A DNA stretch of 62,878 nucleotides, filler included, from Globobulimina sp. (GCA_003354225.1; 55 parts of 55 records of this genome joined end to end with filler, not necessarily neighbours in it), one strand, 5' to 3'; shown: positions 1 to 11,916, counted from the first letter of the whole stretch. Notes: generated by a model not told the origin, from the sequence alone. Program-made: numbers and translations.

Positions 1-54
1 TTTATTCTCTTTCTCGCCGCCTTAATAGGTGACGGCATTGCTTCTCTTTCTCAT

Positions 55-133
55 CCATCACCGTAGGATTCGAACCTACATCCATTTGGTTTGCAATCCA
101 TTCAAACCAATGCTCTGCCCCAAGCAAGCAATA
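55..133 (-). tRNA. Degenerate tRNA-like sequence (pseudo-tRNA or tRNA-derived element)
   Basis: Perfect T-arm GTAGG-TTCGAAT-CCTAC, D-like stem GCTT/GAGC and stem TTGGT/ACCAA; loop is oversized and the acceptor stem is GU-rich. Confidence 0.35.
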
Positions 134-1010
134 ATTGCAACACATTTTTAAAGCTCACACTGTCGTTCAACGCACGGATACCACTCTGTAACTTGTAGAT
201 CTGCGCCTGTTTATCGCTCACAATCTCCTTGAAATTCTGCATAAACAGCCACAGCTCCAAACGCAGCGACAAGTCCACAATATCTATAAAGGAATGGAAA
301 AATAATTCGCAGCGTCCAAAATAAGCCACATCCACATCTTCTTTATGAGCATGCGACTCCGTTTCGCGCTGTTCGTCCTCAGTCGGTGCCATCTCAATGA
401 ATGACTCCAACGCATTGATACTGAACACACTTTCATCCATTGCAATCACCGCTGCTTTGAGAGCTTCGTCGCTCATTTTGAACCTACTCAATGCGATCTG
501 AATATTCTGCGAACGTTTGGGCAAAACAAACGTATAAATCTGCCCCGAACGGTCCTTTTTAGACAGATTCCTCCGTTGCGTTGGCCGTGGAGTTCGAAAC
601 TGGAATTTCAGCTCAAACTCTATTTTATTAAACACCACCAGTACATCATCAATGTCCTTCCATAGCGTTGGCGGAATGTGTTCAACTTCGATTTTTTTCC
701 AATGAAAACGTTTCATTTTGCGGGAAGGAATTATTTTGCGCTTCGGTTTGAGTCCAAGAGCTAATATTTTCTCATAACTGTCGTCATCATTGAACTCGTT
801 TTCCTTTGTATCGATTAGGTCGCTGAACTCCTTTGCCATAGGCGGTGGTGCTGCAGTTTCTTGATCGACGATGTCGACATTGGGAGGGACTGCAGCTTTC
901 ATCCATTGTTTGGTTAATTGCCCAATCAATATCTTTGTGATGCCGTCCATTTTCATACGGTTTTCGACCACATGCACTGGCATGATTTTGCCCAACTTGA
1001 CATATTTCAT
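102..1010 (-). CDS. Formin FH2-domain protein, truncated
   Basis: MKRFHWKKI..TLWKDI, KRSQNIQIALSRFK and LQLLLAWG match FH2 motifs. Confidence 0.85.
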   Translation of the reverse strand: MKYVKLGKIMPVHVVENRMKMDGITKILIGQLTKQWMKAAVPPNVDIVDQETAAPPPMAKEFSDLIDTKENEFNDDDSYEKILALGLKPKRKIIPSRKMKRFHWKKIEVEHIPPTLWKDIDDVLVVFNKIEFELKFQFRTPRPTQRRNLSKKDRSGQIYTFVLPKRSQNIQIALSRFKMSDEALKAAVIAMDESVFSINALESFIEMAPTEDEQRETESHAHKEDVDVAYFGRCELFFHSFIDIVDLSLRLELWLFMQNFKEIVSDKQAQIYKLQSGIRALNDSVSFKNVLQLLLAWGRALV

Positions 1011-1046
1011 TAGGCGGAAAGGAGTGGTGATGTCGAGGTTTATGCC

Positions 1047-1146
1047 NNNNNNNNNNNNNNNNNNNNNNNNNNNNNNNNNNNNNNNNNNNNTTAATTAATT
1101 AANNNNNNNNNNNNNNNNNNNNNNNNNNNNNNNNNNNNNNNNNNNN
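1047..1146. other. Artificial contig-joining spacer (44 N + TTAATTAATTAA + 44 N); first of 54 such spacers
   Basis: Identical linker with stops in all six frames recurs about every 1145 bp; contig lengths fall from 1046 to 1044 bp. Confidence 0.98.
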
Positions 1147-1690
1147 TGCGATGAATTCGTCAATTTTATAACTTGTTGATACATTTGAATTGTACAACGA
1201 CTTGCTATATGCAATGCGTTGGTTGATCGTTGGTAGGAATGCGGCAAATATTTCTTCTGAAACAAGTGTCTTGGCAATGGCTGTCGACGCATGAAGAGCT
1301 GGGAGATAGATCGCGCTTAGTTTGTTGGTTGCGGTGCGTAATCCAAATCCTGTCTTTTTAATCGATAGTCCACATTGTATAAATTCCTCCTCCGACAGAA
1401 TAAATCCAAACATACGGGATATAATCTCTCGTAACTGGCGGTCATAAACTCTCGCAATTTCCATGGTTATGTCGGGTGGGACAGAACTAAACCAGTATGT
1501 GAGCCGTGAATCATTTATAAAATTCCTCATTATCTTATATTGGGCCTGAGCTAATTGTAATGTCGCAATACGCGCAATGCTGCGCTTGATGTCAGTCACT
1601 TTCTTGCGAAGTTGTAGGATGACGAAAGCCTTGGTACCAATGGGTATGCTGAGGCATTCCGTGTTGCCATGTTCATTGACTTTGAATTGT
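1147..1690 (-). mobile_element. Non-LTR retrotransposon reverse transcriptase fragment (CRE/SLACS-like, C-terminal RT/thumb)
   Basis: LSIPIGTKAFV (cf. LGxPIGxxxF) upstream of the listed ORF start, and LSIKKTGFGLR (cf. LPxxxGGLGL). Confidence 0.6.
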
Positions 1691-1710
1691 TTTAATGAAT
1701 CTGATAATAA

Positions 1711-2192
1711 ATGCCTTTAAAACATATTTTTAATGAATCTGATATTTTTAATGAATCATTTGAATTTGCATTTAAAACATATTTTTTACTTAATTTTGTA
1801 GTCAGTAATTTTGTTAATCAGTATGTTTTAAATTATAAACAATTTGGTAATTTACTATATGTGGCAGCGACAGCAAATATACTGAATGCGGTTACAATTA
1901 TTTTACTTTTCTGTTGTGTTTCTATATTTGATGCTCATCCGGTAAAAGTATATTGGAAAATAGCACTATCAATGACTGTCGCTATATTATTTACACTGAG
2001 AACGACATCACTCTTTTTTTTGTTGGAAACAAACGAGGATGACTCGATAATGAATATACCAGCAACAAATATCCAATTGTCATTATATAATATTGAAATG
2101 AGCTCAACCCGAATATTAGCAATATTTTTCTGGAAACAAGCAATTTTAACGCTTTATCGATCAAAAAAAGCTAAAAATAAAAGCATTTTGAT
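1711..2192 (+). CDS. Multi-pass membrane protein fragment, unknown
   Basis: Long ORF with several hydrophobic segments, open to contig end. Confidence 0.45.
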
Positions 2193-2377
2193 NNNNNNNN
2201 NNNNNNNNNNNNNNNNNNNNNNNNNNNNNNNNNNNNTTAATTAATTAANNNNNNNNNNNNNNNNNNNNNNNNNNNNNNNNNNNNNNNNNNNNTTAAAACT
2301 ACAGTAGACGTAAATTAACATAAATATAATTATCTGAATTTAATTAAAATAGTATACTAAGTATTAATTCTTACCAA

Positions 2378-3298
2378 TTAATTTAATAATTTATAATCAT
2401 TATTTTTATATTTCCAATTAAAATAACACTGATAGCAATACATTGCACCAAATGAAATTAAAGAAGATATAGCAACACTTAACAATATCAAATATAGATT
2501 GGATGAGCTTGATGTTTTTGCATCGATTGAATAATTGTCAACTCTGAACTTTATTTCCTTCTCATGCAATTTTTGTTGTACCAATGAAACCAGTTCACGG
2601 TCAGCTATTTTCTTCTTCGATTGGAATTGAATATTTTCAATTAATTTGATATCATTTTCCAATGATGATGACACAGTTTGTATTGGACAATCTATTCCGT
2701 CAATATTACCACCAGATATACAATCCGATGGTGTTACGTTGCAGGTTGACCCAAATAAACAAATAAACTCCATTCCGACACAACCATTTCCTGCGCAGTG
2801 TATGTTGCAAATTGATCCAGATCTACAGACAAAATGCGCGTCAAAACCCGCCTGATAACCCCATAGGTAAACACTCATAACATTCAGCTCTGTGCTATCC
2901 AAATCAGCAGAATGCAATGAATCTGCACCATATCCATATATCATTTGTGCAGAAATGGTTGAATATGCTGCACCATAATGTCCATATACATATATATGAT
3001 TCTTTGCTGTTATGTCAGTATTTTTGCAACTATATCTTCCATGACAATAAACATTTTCTGTTGCTGATAATTCACTGTAAGCACAAGAATCCTTTCCATC
3101 ACATACAATATGATCACCTTAAATGTTTAAATTTTAATATGACAGATGAATAAATGCACTATAAATACCTGCAGTGATTGTGCTGGATCGGCACGCGGAT
3201 TCACCCGTACAATTTGCATTTGTGAGACTCTCCATTGTAGTGAATGTTGCACTTAGTAAACCAGTGATAACATTAAGGCCAGTGTTACCGATCCATGA
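2378..3298 (-). CDS. Cys-rich extracellular protein with C-terminal TM helix (probably one intron near 3120-3165)
   Basis: Signal-like N-terminus, CxGxxxC repeats upstream of the listed ORF start, C-terminal hydrophobic anchor. Confidence 0.6.
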
Positions 3299-3438
3299 CA
3301 AATGTTTGTCGATTTCAATTATCTTTAATTCAATTTGANNNNNNNNNNNNNNNNNNNNNNNNNNNNNNNNNNNNNNNNNNNNTTAATTAATTAANNNNNN
3401 NNNNNNNNNNNNNNNNNNNNNNNNNNNNNNNNNNNNNN

Positions 3439-3863
3439 GTAGCTATGTCTTGATTTTTCCCTGATTGCAAATGAAAACGTAATGTGTTTATTAGCTTTGA
3501 TTTGAATTTAATATTAAAAGTACCAACTTGACCATTTTGATGAGTGGTAATAGTATGACTTATGGGTATTTTTGGATGGAAACCAATAAATAATGTGGTC
3601 AGTATGCCGAATGGCAGAGAGATATTACTTGCGGACAATATAGATTTAAAATTATTGTCTGTGATTTTGCGCAATTTTTTATCACTGCCAGAAAAGCCAA
3701 AGTGTATTCTGTTTATGTCCGTTAATTTTAATCGATCTAAAATCCTTTGCCTAAATGTATTGAAGTCGACGTGTGGATCAAATTTCATTGTTATTGGTTT
3801 GTCATCATCACAATCAAGAATTATTGGTAGAGATTGTGGAAGTGCTGAGTGTTGACCATGCAT
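3439..3863 (-). CDS. Hypothetical protein fragment
   Basis: ORF open to contig end; no recognisable family. Confidence 0.3.
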
Positions 3864-4064
3864 TTTTTTAATATTATCGGCGGATATTTAGCTATATATA
3901 CTAGAAAATTTAGTACGTTGAGTTTCTTGCCATCACGAAAAGAAATAAAAATGTGTCGCCACAAGAAGAATGGAAAATGCATTAATTAATCTGAATTATC
4001 TGAAATTAAAAATAGGCTTTGATTATTGTAGTGCTGACTCGAGTGGTTCAGTTGTTGAGTTTTT

Positions 4065-4143
4065 TATTACAGTGATGTTGTTTATTATTAATTACAGTGA
4101 TGTTGTTTATTATGGTCATATTATGTTGTTTATTATGGTCATA
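4065..4143. repeat. Short degenerate tandem repeat (ATGTTGTTTATTAT core, 3 copies)
   Basis: Visible directly in the sequence. Confidence 0.7.
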
Positions 4144-4195
4144 TTTCAATTGTTCTGTGTTCTTATGTTCATGCCGCTTGAAGCAATTAAAATTC

Positions 4196-4484
4196 CCTGC
4201 AACACAACCTATGATGCTTCGCTTACAATCAGATTTAGTCGAATTGATTGAAGCGGCTAATCGTGTTGAACTTGATAAAACCACTATTGAGTTTGATTCA
4301 CGCGCAGCAGTTGGTGTGGTATTAGCTGCTAAAGGCTACCCTGATAGCTACCCGAAAGGTGATGTAATCAACGGCCTAAAAGTAAGCTACGCTGAAGGTG
4401 AAAAAGTATTCCACGCAGGTACTAAGCAAGATGGCGATAACGTAGTCACTGCTGGCGGGCGCGTATTGTGTGCTACGGCACTGG
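4196..4484 (+). CDS. purD: Phosphoribosylamine-glycine ligase C-terminal fragment, gammaproteobacterial type
   Basis: TQPMMLRLQSDLVEL..AVGVVLAAKGYP..KVFHAGT..VTAGGRVLCATAL. Confidence 0.93.
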
Positions 4485-4723
4485 NNNNNNNNNNNNNNNN
4501 NNNNNNNNNNNNNNNNNNNNNNNNNNNNTTAATTAATTAANNNNNNNNNNNNNNNNNNNNNNNNNNNNNNNNNNNNNNNNNNNNGTGGGTGAGTAATTTT
4601 TGATAACTATTGTTCAATAAATCCAGTCTTTCTTTGTTGTCCATGATTGGATGTGTGACAGAACAGTTTTTATTTTTCACTAGATACAGACTCAAGTAAA
4701 CTGAAATTAATACATGCACAATA

Positions 4724-4947
4724 GAGTTTTCCTATTTGATCTTGATTTTGCTCATGATCAACTTTTTTTAATCATTTGTGAATTGTTAGAGAAAAAGCTT
4801 AAGTAAATGTTCGAAACTGTAAATAAAGATCGTACTGTACTATAAATAAGGATTAGACGAACATTTACTTAAGCTTTTTCTCTAACAAATCACAAATGAT
4901 TAAAAAAAGTTGATCATGAGCAAAATCAAGGTTAAATAGGAAAACTC
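4724..4947. mobile_element. MITE-like element with 90-bp terminal inverted repeats, flanked by TA
   Basis: 4724-4813 is a near-perfect reverse complement of 4858-4947; 44-bp spacer; TA at 4722-4723 and 4948-4949. Confidence 0.75.
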
Positions 4948-5004
4948 TAATGATATTATTAAAAGTATATAGAATGTGCAACAACATTACTTATGAAAGA
5001 TACA

Positions 5005-5571
5005 TCAATGTAATTCTCTATGGATTTTTCTAGGGAATACACACAATGAACCAACACTACTTGCTTTTGTCAATAACAACACAATATAATCATCTTCATT
5101 TCGGAGTTCATAAAATGGTTTATATGTATTTCTTTTTCCTTTCGCAATGGATACAATTTTTGCATCACTAATTACTCGATATGTGAAGCGAACAATTTTT
5201 TTTGTCTCATCTCTTAAATAATTGTCAATCACATCTTGTAATGTATCATATTTATTTATCCATAAAACCAATGGCAGTCCAACCCATTTTATTTCGCTTA
5301 ATTTAGAAATTTCAGTTTTTGTGCTAAATTTCTCATTACATCTTGATACAAATTTTATTTTTAATTTTACCTTTTCATCATCACATCGATTGCTTTCAAC
5401 CATAAATAAATCTAATTGTACAACACGTGATTCATCAGAATCATATGCATCGAAATCAACCGAATCATCCGAATCATAGCCATTTTGTTTATCCGAATCA
5501 TAACTCTCATTGAATGTATATGCTTTTATATCTCTAACACGTGCGGATCCATTATAATAATATTTATTCAC
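5005..5571 (-). CDS. Hypothetical protein fragment
   Basis: 188-aa ORF in AT-rich DNA. Confidence 0.4.
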   Translation of the reverse strand: MNKYYYNGSARVRDIKAYTFNESYDSDKQNGYDSDDSVDFDAYDSDESRVVQLDLFMVESNRCDDEKVKLKIKFVSRCNEKFSTKTEISKLSEIKWVGLPLVLWINKYDTLQDVIDNYLRDETKKIVRFTYRVISDAKIVSIAKGKRNTYKPFYELRNEDDYIVLLLTKASSVGSLCVFPRKIHRELH

Positions 5572-5855
5572 TATATTAGCAATAATCCATGTAATATTTT
5601 CATTTCTTTTCTTTTTTCCATTGTTATTTGNNNNNNNNNNNNNNNNNNNNNNNNNNNNNNNNNNNNNNNNNNNNTTAATTAATTAANNNNNNNNNNNNNN
5701 NNNNNNNNNNNNNNNNNNNNNNNNNNNNNNTGGTGTGTGTGATAATTTTATGATTGCTTATGGTGTTTTGTTGTAGCAATTTGGTTTGGAATGACTCAGG
5801 AATGAGTTAGTTTTTTCTATTTTTAAACACTTCAAACCAAGAAAACTTTCAAACC

Positions 5856-6743
5856 ATGACCGAGCCTGATGCGCACAACGACGATATCGTTAAAGAACTA
5901 AGAGAATTGAAAGAATGGAAACAAAATATAGGATTGAAAGCAGTTTTAAGTGCAGAACATTTTGAGAAAGAATTGGGTGAACTTCAGCAATATAAGAAGG
6001 AACTCATTGAAACGCAAAGAGAATCGCTTTTATTTCAGCAACAATTACAAGTATTAAACATTGAAAAAGACGATGCAGCGCAACAATTACAATCATTACA
6101 AGAAGAGATAAACTTTGAAAATACCAAACAAAACGAATCGCATAGATTATCGCAGGAAGCGCTATTAATCAAAGATGAAGAAATCGAAAAATTAACATTC
6201 AAAGTAGAAACACTTGAAATTAACACACAAATCTTAGAAACACAAATCAGTTCAAAAAACGAACAATGTAAAGCACAAGAAATGGAAATGAATGAATTTA
6301 ATCAAGAAATTGAAAAATTAAAAATGGATAAAAATGAAGTGACATTACAATTGAATGAATACAAAGAAAACGAGAAAGATATTAAAATTAATAATAAAAT
6401 GTTATCGCAACAATTAAATGAACAACAAACTGAATTTACAAACATTATAAAAGAAAACAAAAAAATAAATAAACAATTCAAAGAATTGCAATTAAAAATG
6501 AAAAATGTAGCTAAAGATAATCAATTATTAGTTTCTGATAATGAGAAATATAAACAATTATTAACAAAATGGCGAGAAACAGAAAATAATTTACAACAGA
6601 AACATAATGCGGAAGTTGCAGAATTACATGACTTTGAAAGGCGATTTGATGAATTAACTCAAAAATATCAACGGCAATGTGATCAAACTATAAATGCAGA
6701 AATGATTGCTGCTGAATATAATGATCAGGTACATCCTACATAA
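5856..6743 (+). CDS. Coiled-coil protein, 5' part (probably continues after an intron)
   Basis: E/K/Q/L-rich heptads; CAG|GTACAT donor just before the stop. Confidence 0.7.
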   Translation: MTEPDAHNDDIVKELRELKEWKQNIGLKAVLSAEHFEKELGELQQYKKELIETQRESLLFQQQLQVLNIEKDDAAQQLQSLQEEINFENTKQNESHRLSQEALLIKDEEIEKLTFKVETLEINTQILETQISSKNEQCKAQEMEMNEFNQEIEKLKMDKNEVTLQLNEYKENEKDIKINNKMLSQQLNEQQTEFTNIIKENKKINKQFKELQLKMKNVAKDNQLLVSDNEKYKQLLTKWRETENNLQQKHNAEVAELHDFERRFDELTQKYQRQCDQTINAEMIAAEYNDQVHPT

Positions 6744-6876
6744 CAAATAATGTACATAATCATAACAAATAATGTANNNNNNNNNNNNNNNNNNNNNNNN
6801 NNNNNNNNNNNNNNNNNNNNTTAATTAATTAANNNNNNNNNNNNNNNNNNNNNNNNNNNNNNNNNNNNNNNNNNNN

Positions 6877-7630
6877 GTAATCCTTCAAAGTAGATTGAAT
6901 GTTTATTCCTTGCCATATTTCTATAATTGCCATTGCCAGAATGTGTCGATGATACATCCGCTGTGGTATTATTTATCCCATATACAATATTATTACATTC
7001 ATTGTAATATATTTGCATATTACGTTCTGGTTCGAATAATATGGCCATGTCATTCGGGCCGTATTCAAATTGGATCTCTTTACATTCAGCATCGGAGGAA
7101 AAATGATTTGAATATATTTTGCATTCTTCTTCGGCTGGAAATCGCATCGAGGAATAAACGCGGATCTTTTCAATATATAAATTTATTTTTAACTCTTTCA
7201 ACCTGCACACTTTTGCCTCAATTATATCCTCATTCTGTTGTATTTCACTTTTTTTATTGCTCTTCCAAGCTGCATTATAGTCATTGACACGAATTATATT
7301 TTCAATATTATTAATTTCAATCTTTTGCGATGCTTCATTACCAATCTTAAATGTGATTTGTCGCAAATTATCCAAATCATTCAATCGCTTGTTAAATAAA
7401 ATGCGATATACGCCATTGATCTCATTCTTTTTTGCATTATATATGGCATATCCATTTTGTTGCTGTTCATCATCATTTAATTGTACTTTAAATGCTATTC
7501 TATTTCCAATTAATTCTGGATTATTTTGTAATGGATTGGCAGTGGCTTTCAATCCTTTTATTTCAAGCAATAAGAAATATGCATCAAATGATATTGGTGC
7601 AAATTCATTTAATTTTCTCATTTCTGCCAA
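6877..7630 (-). CDS. Hypothetical protein fragment
   Basis: ORF of more than 250 aa open to contig end. Confidence 0.5.
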
Positions 7631-8607
7631 TTCATTTCTGTCATATATAGTTTCGTAATGTTGCCAACTTAATTTCCCTCGAAATGCTTTCTTGCCAAAT
7701 GAGTTTGAGATTGTTGGTTCGTCTCTCTCTTTCTCCTCAAAATCTGTGTATAAAAACGTGCGGATTTGCGTTTATAATTAATATATTTATATATTAATGA
7801 CCTGTGTGTTGCAGAGTATATTGATCGTGTTGAATGAGTCGTGTTTCTGCATCGTCGCCCTCTATGACGTACGCTGACAATCCAGCCACAGTATCTTTAC
7901 AATATCGCATAATCAATGCCAANNNNNNNNNNNNNNNNNNNNNNNNNNNNNNNNNNNNNNNNNNNNTTAATTAATTAANNNNNNNNNNNNNNNNNNNNNN
8001 NNNNNNNNNNNNNNNNNNNNNNAAATGGATTGGTTAACATTTTTTGAAATCATTAAGGATTTATTTATTCATACTTCACAAGAATTTATTTCTGTCATTA
8101 TTTATTATTGTTATTGTCAAAGTAATAAAGATAAAGATAACGCGGAGGATTGGATTCATTGTAGTTCATTGTTGCAAGGTCAATGGTAGTGAAATTATTA
8201 TTTTTTTGCATCGGAATTGTATTTAAGCTTAAACGACCTCTCTAGCAACCAATTCTCCTCCAAATCTCATAATTATTTTTGAATTAAATGTTTTTTAATC
8301 GGAGGTGGACGGCAAATGTTTTTGGTTAACAACATAAATTTGAAACAAGTCAAACATCCATGACACACATTGAAGAATTACAGCTGATACAAGAACTGAG
8401 CAAAGACGTGAAAGGGTATGTGATATATGTTAAATAGTATTAGATTGAGGATCATACACAACACAAGCGATGAAACAAGCAAACTGCAGAAAGAAATAAT
8501 TGCAATGGAACTATCGTTGGGTATTTTAAAAAAATCAAGAAATGATGATCACAATAAATAGTTAATTTATATTTGTATACCAATATAATGAAAATATACA
8601 TTTCCAC

Positions 8608-9068
8608 ATGGAATTATTAAGTGAAAAAAAGAAAGCGGAGAAAGGCTATATTTGGCGAAGTGGCAGAGACATTAAATCGGGAAAAAATTACGCTGAAAAA
8701 ATATTAAAATCACATAAAAGAAATTTAAGGAAAAGCAAAAAGAAAAAACAATTAAAGAAATCCGTATCAGCTTCGACTTCTTCTTTACCGTCTTTTCCTT
8801 CTTTATCTTCTACAAAATGCCATTCCATTGCCATTCAATCAGATTTAACACAGCAGCAAAAACAACAAAACATGATCAATAATTTCTTTCATGCATCAAA
8901 TGATCAAAAAGATGATGAAAGTTGTAATTTGAGTGAAGAAAATACAAAAAAGTCTTGCTATCATTGTTTCGCATTGTCGTTCAAAATCGATATGGTATCA
9001 ATTGAAGCCGATGGCAAATATTTTTGTAATGATGACTGCTTATTAAAGTACATTAAATCAACAATGAT
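8608..9068 (+). CDS. Protein fragment with FCS/MYM-like zinc finger
   Basis: CYHC...YFCNDDC motif. Confidence 0.45.
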
Positions 9069-9172
9069 NNNNNNNNNNNNNNNNNNNNNNNNNNNNNNNN
9101 NNNNNNNNNNNNTTAATTAATTAANNNNNNNNNNNNNNNNNNNNNNNNNNNNNNNNNNNNNNNNNNNNCGGG

Positions 9173-10079
9173 GTACGAGTTTTGAGCCTTGATATACTTT
9201 CTTTAGATGATCCTTGATCATATCATACCATTTATACTTCTCTACAATGGGAAGGCACCATCATAAGTACTTGATCAAAACTCAAGCCTTCTGGAAAAAC
9301 TTACTTAAAATAAGTAACATGGCTGGAGCTTACACAAGTTAAATAGTCATTGTGTCTGCTATTTAGTGACTATTTAATAGCTTTTAGTAATTGCCATTCA
9401 ATTTTATTGCGGATTGCTATTTCATCATTTAATATACTGCTATTTCATCTATAATAATGAGAATAATATACTGATTTATGATAATTTGAGTGATATTGGA
9501 ATTGGGAAAGAAAGAAAGATTGAATTTGGTGGTTATGATTGGGATAATATTAATGGATGAGAATGATTTGAATTTTTTGGATTGTGTGGGATGGCCATGC
9601 ATGGCTCAAATTGTGAGCAAAATAAACATTTAATTATCCATTTATAATGCAAAAGATTTTGTGTTATAATGATATTGATGTTGGAATTTGGGTGTATTTC
9701 CAAGATATTTTGTATGATAATACTAAGAAAATATTGATTTACGATCAAAAAACAAAAATAATTCACCAATCAAAGCAGATTCGTATGAACATAAATTAAA
9801 TCCATCCAGAAAATAATTGCCTTGAATATTAACATTACATATACAGCGGATTCAAACCATTGTCATCCATACAGAAAATGCAATATGTTTTGTAATTGTA
9901 ATATTGAGATGGAAGATGGATATGTTTATACTATGGCTGTTGTAACGGATTTTGTGTTTACAATTACACAGAAATCATTTATTTGTGTAACATTTTGTCC
10001 AAAGTACGAGTTTTGAGCCTTGATATACTTTCTTTAGATGATCCTTGATCATATCATACCATTTATACTGCTCTACAAT
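9173..10079. repeat. 76-bp direct repeat (9173-9248 and 10004-10079)
   Basis: Identical apart from one mismatch. Confidence 0.9.
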
Positions 10080-10413
10080 AGGGTTTTTGCTTTTAGTTCA
10101 TTTCTTCAATCAACATTTAAATTTTCTATTTTTACTAACATTGCTGACCATGGGCAATAACTCTTTGGCAAAATCCCCCAGATGGTCGAATCGATTGTGT
10201 TTCATTGTAGAGGCNNNNNNNNNNNNNNNNNNNNNNNNNNNNNNNNNNNNNNNNNNNNTTAATTAATTAANNNNNNNNNNNNNNNNNNNNNNNNNNNNNN
10301 NNNNNNNNNNNNNNTACTATTTCTATAGATCTTTGTTTTAGCATACAGTTGATATAATTGTTGATTCCTGTAATTTTTAAATGCTGCGCTGACTCATAAA
10401 CGATTTGTTGTGG

Positions 10414-11089
10414 TTAGATTGCAATTACAAGTGTCAATTCTGTGCCTTTGTAATGCATTGAAACAATGAGATTATATTCATCATCATTGGGTATATCGGT
10501 TACAGCAACACCATAAAACCTATCATTTATTGAAAACGATAATGTATAATCCAGCAAATCCAATACAATCTCTACGACATCGGATTTTTCCAATATTTTG
10601 CCATATCCTTTTTTTTTATAAACACCCTTAGCGCGAATATACGGTCCTGTTGAACGCGAATAAAACACAAATCCATTTTCTTTATCAGCTGACGTGTTTT
10701 TAAAATCTGAGCGAGTCGATGCTATGCCAATCATTACATTGTTCTCGATAATATTTTCAATTTTAATTTTCCAACGGTATGTACGTTTGTCCATTTTTGC
10801 ACGTTTTCATTCCATAAACACTGCCCCATCCATTAAACCAGCCATTATGTCCGATAATATTCCCGTTAATAAACATTTTATCTCCTTTTTTGTTTGGATT
10901 CCATTCGCATTTTAGACTATTCTCAGTGTCATCCTTTTTTTCGTCAATAATATTAATGTCAGATAATTTAACTTTTTGTAGCGCCTCGATTTCCAGAGTT
11001 TTTTTGGATAATTCTGAACTATATTTGTTTGCTAAACGCATTTGTTCCAACATTTTACTGTTCAGTACATCATCTAAAATTATAATCAA
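10414..11089 (-). pseudogene. SPRY/B30.2-domain protein with a frameshift near 10777-10784
   Basis: WGSVYG / YRWKIKI..VMIGI..DVVEIVLDL..LSFSIN..YG; removing 4 bp joins the two ORFs. Confidence 0.7.
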
Positions 11090-11789
11090 ATGTTAATTCG
11101 AAACTTAAAGTATATATATCAAAACACATAACTATGAAACATACATTTTTTCAAATCTTCAATTCCTTTTAGTTTTTGTTGTTTCAACAGCTGTTGTTGT
11201 GTTTCATTTTGATGTTGCAATTGTTGAATTTTGTATTTATCTGCAATACAAAATACAAATCATTACACATTACAAATAAAAAAAATATAAAATGGTTCAT
11301 ATATGTATCCCCGAATTTGTTTGCTGTTTTAACTCTAATATTTGAGTCTGGAGATCGGAANNNNNNNNNNNNNNNNNNNNNNNNNNNNNNNNNNNNNNNN
11401 NNNNTTAATTAATTAANNNNNNNNNNNNNNNNNNNNNNNNNNNNNNNNNNNNNNNNNNNNAGATAAATGGTAACCTTTGTGAGTTTTTCCGTTAATTAAC
11501 AATTCATAATTGGCGGTGATTTAACTCAGCTGCATTTAATAGATGCAATAATTACAAATCATAAAACTGTGAAATATTTCCTTTTCAATAACAATAACAG
11601 CGACAGTAATTGCAGATTGATAGGAAGAAAGAAGAATATGAGGCGAATTCACTATCAAACTTCTTATTATCGACTCGAGCATTGGATATTTGTTCTCATG
11701 TTTCTTTTGTTTGATCAAACAAATTGGAAAACAGTCGCGAAACGAGCGAAGCGAGTTTTGCGAAACACAAAAAGATCTCTGTGGGTTCT

Positions 11790-11916
11790 AACTTTATCAT
11801 AAAATACATTTCTTTATCATAGTTTTATCATAAATAAGTATGTTTTATCATAATTTTATCATAAAAGATTTCGTTATCATAGATTTTATCATAACACAAA
11901 ATGATGTTATCATAAC
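11790..11916. repeat. Cluster of 8 TTATCATA motifs
   Basis: Copies spaced about 11-21 bp apart. Confidence 0.8.
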
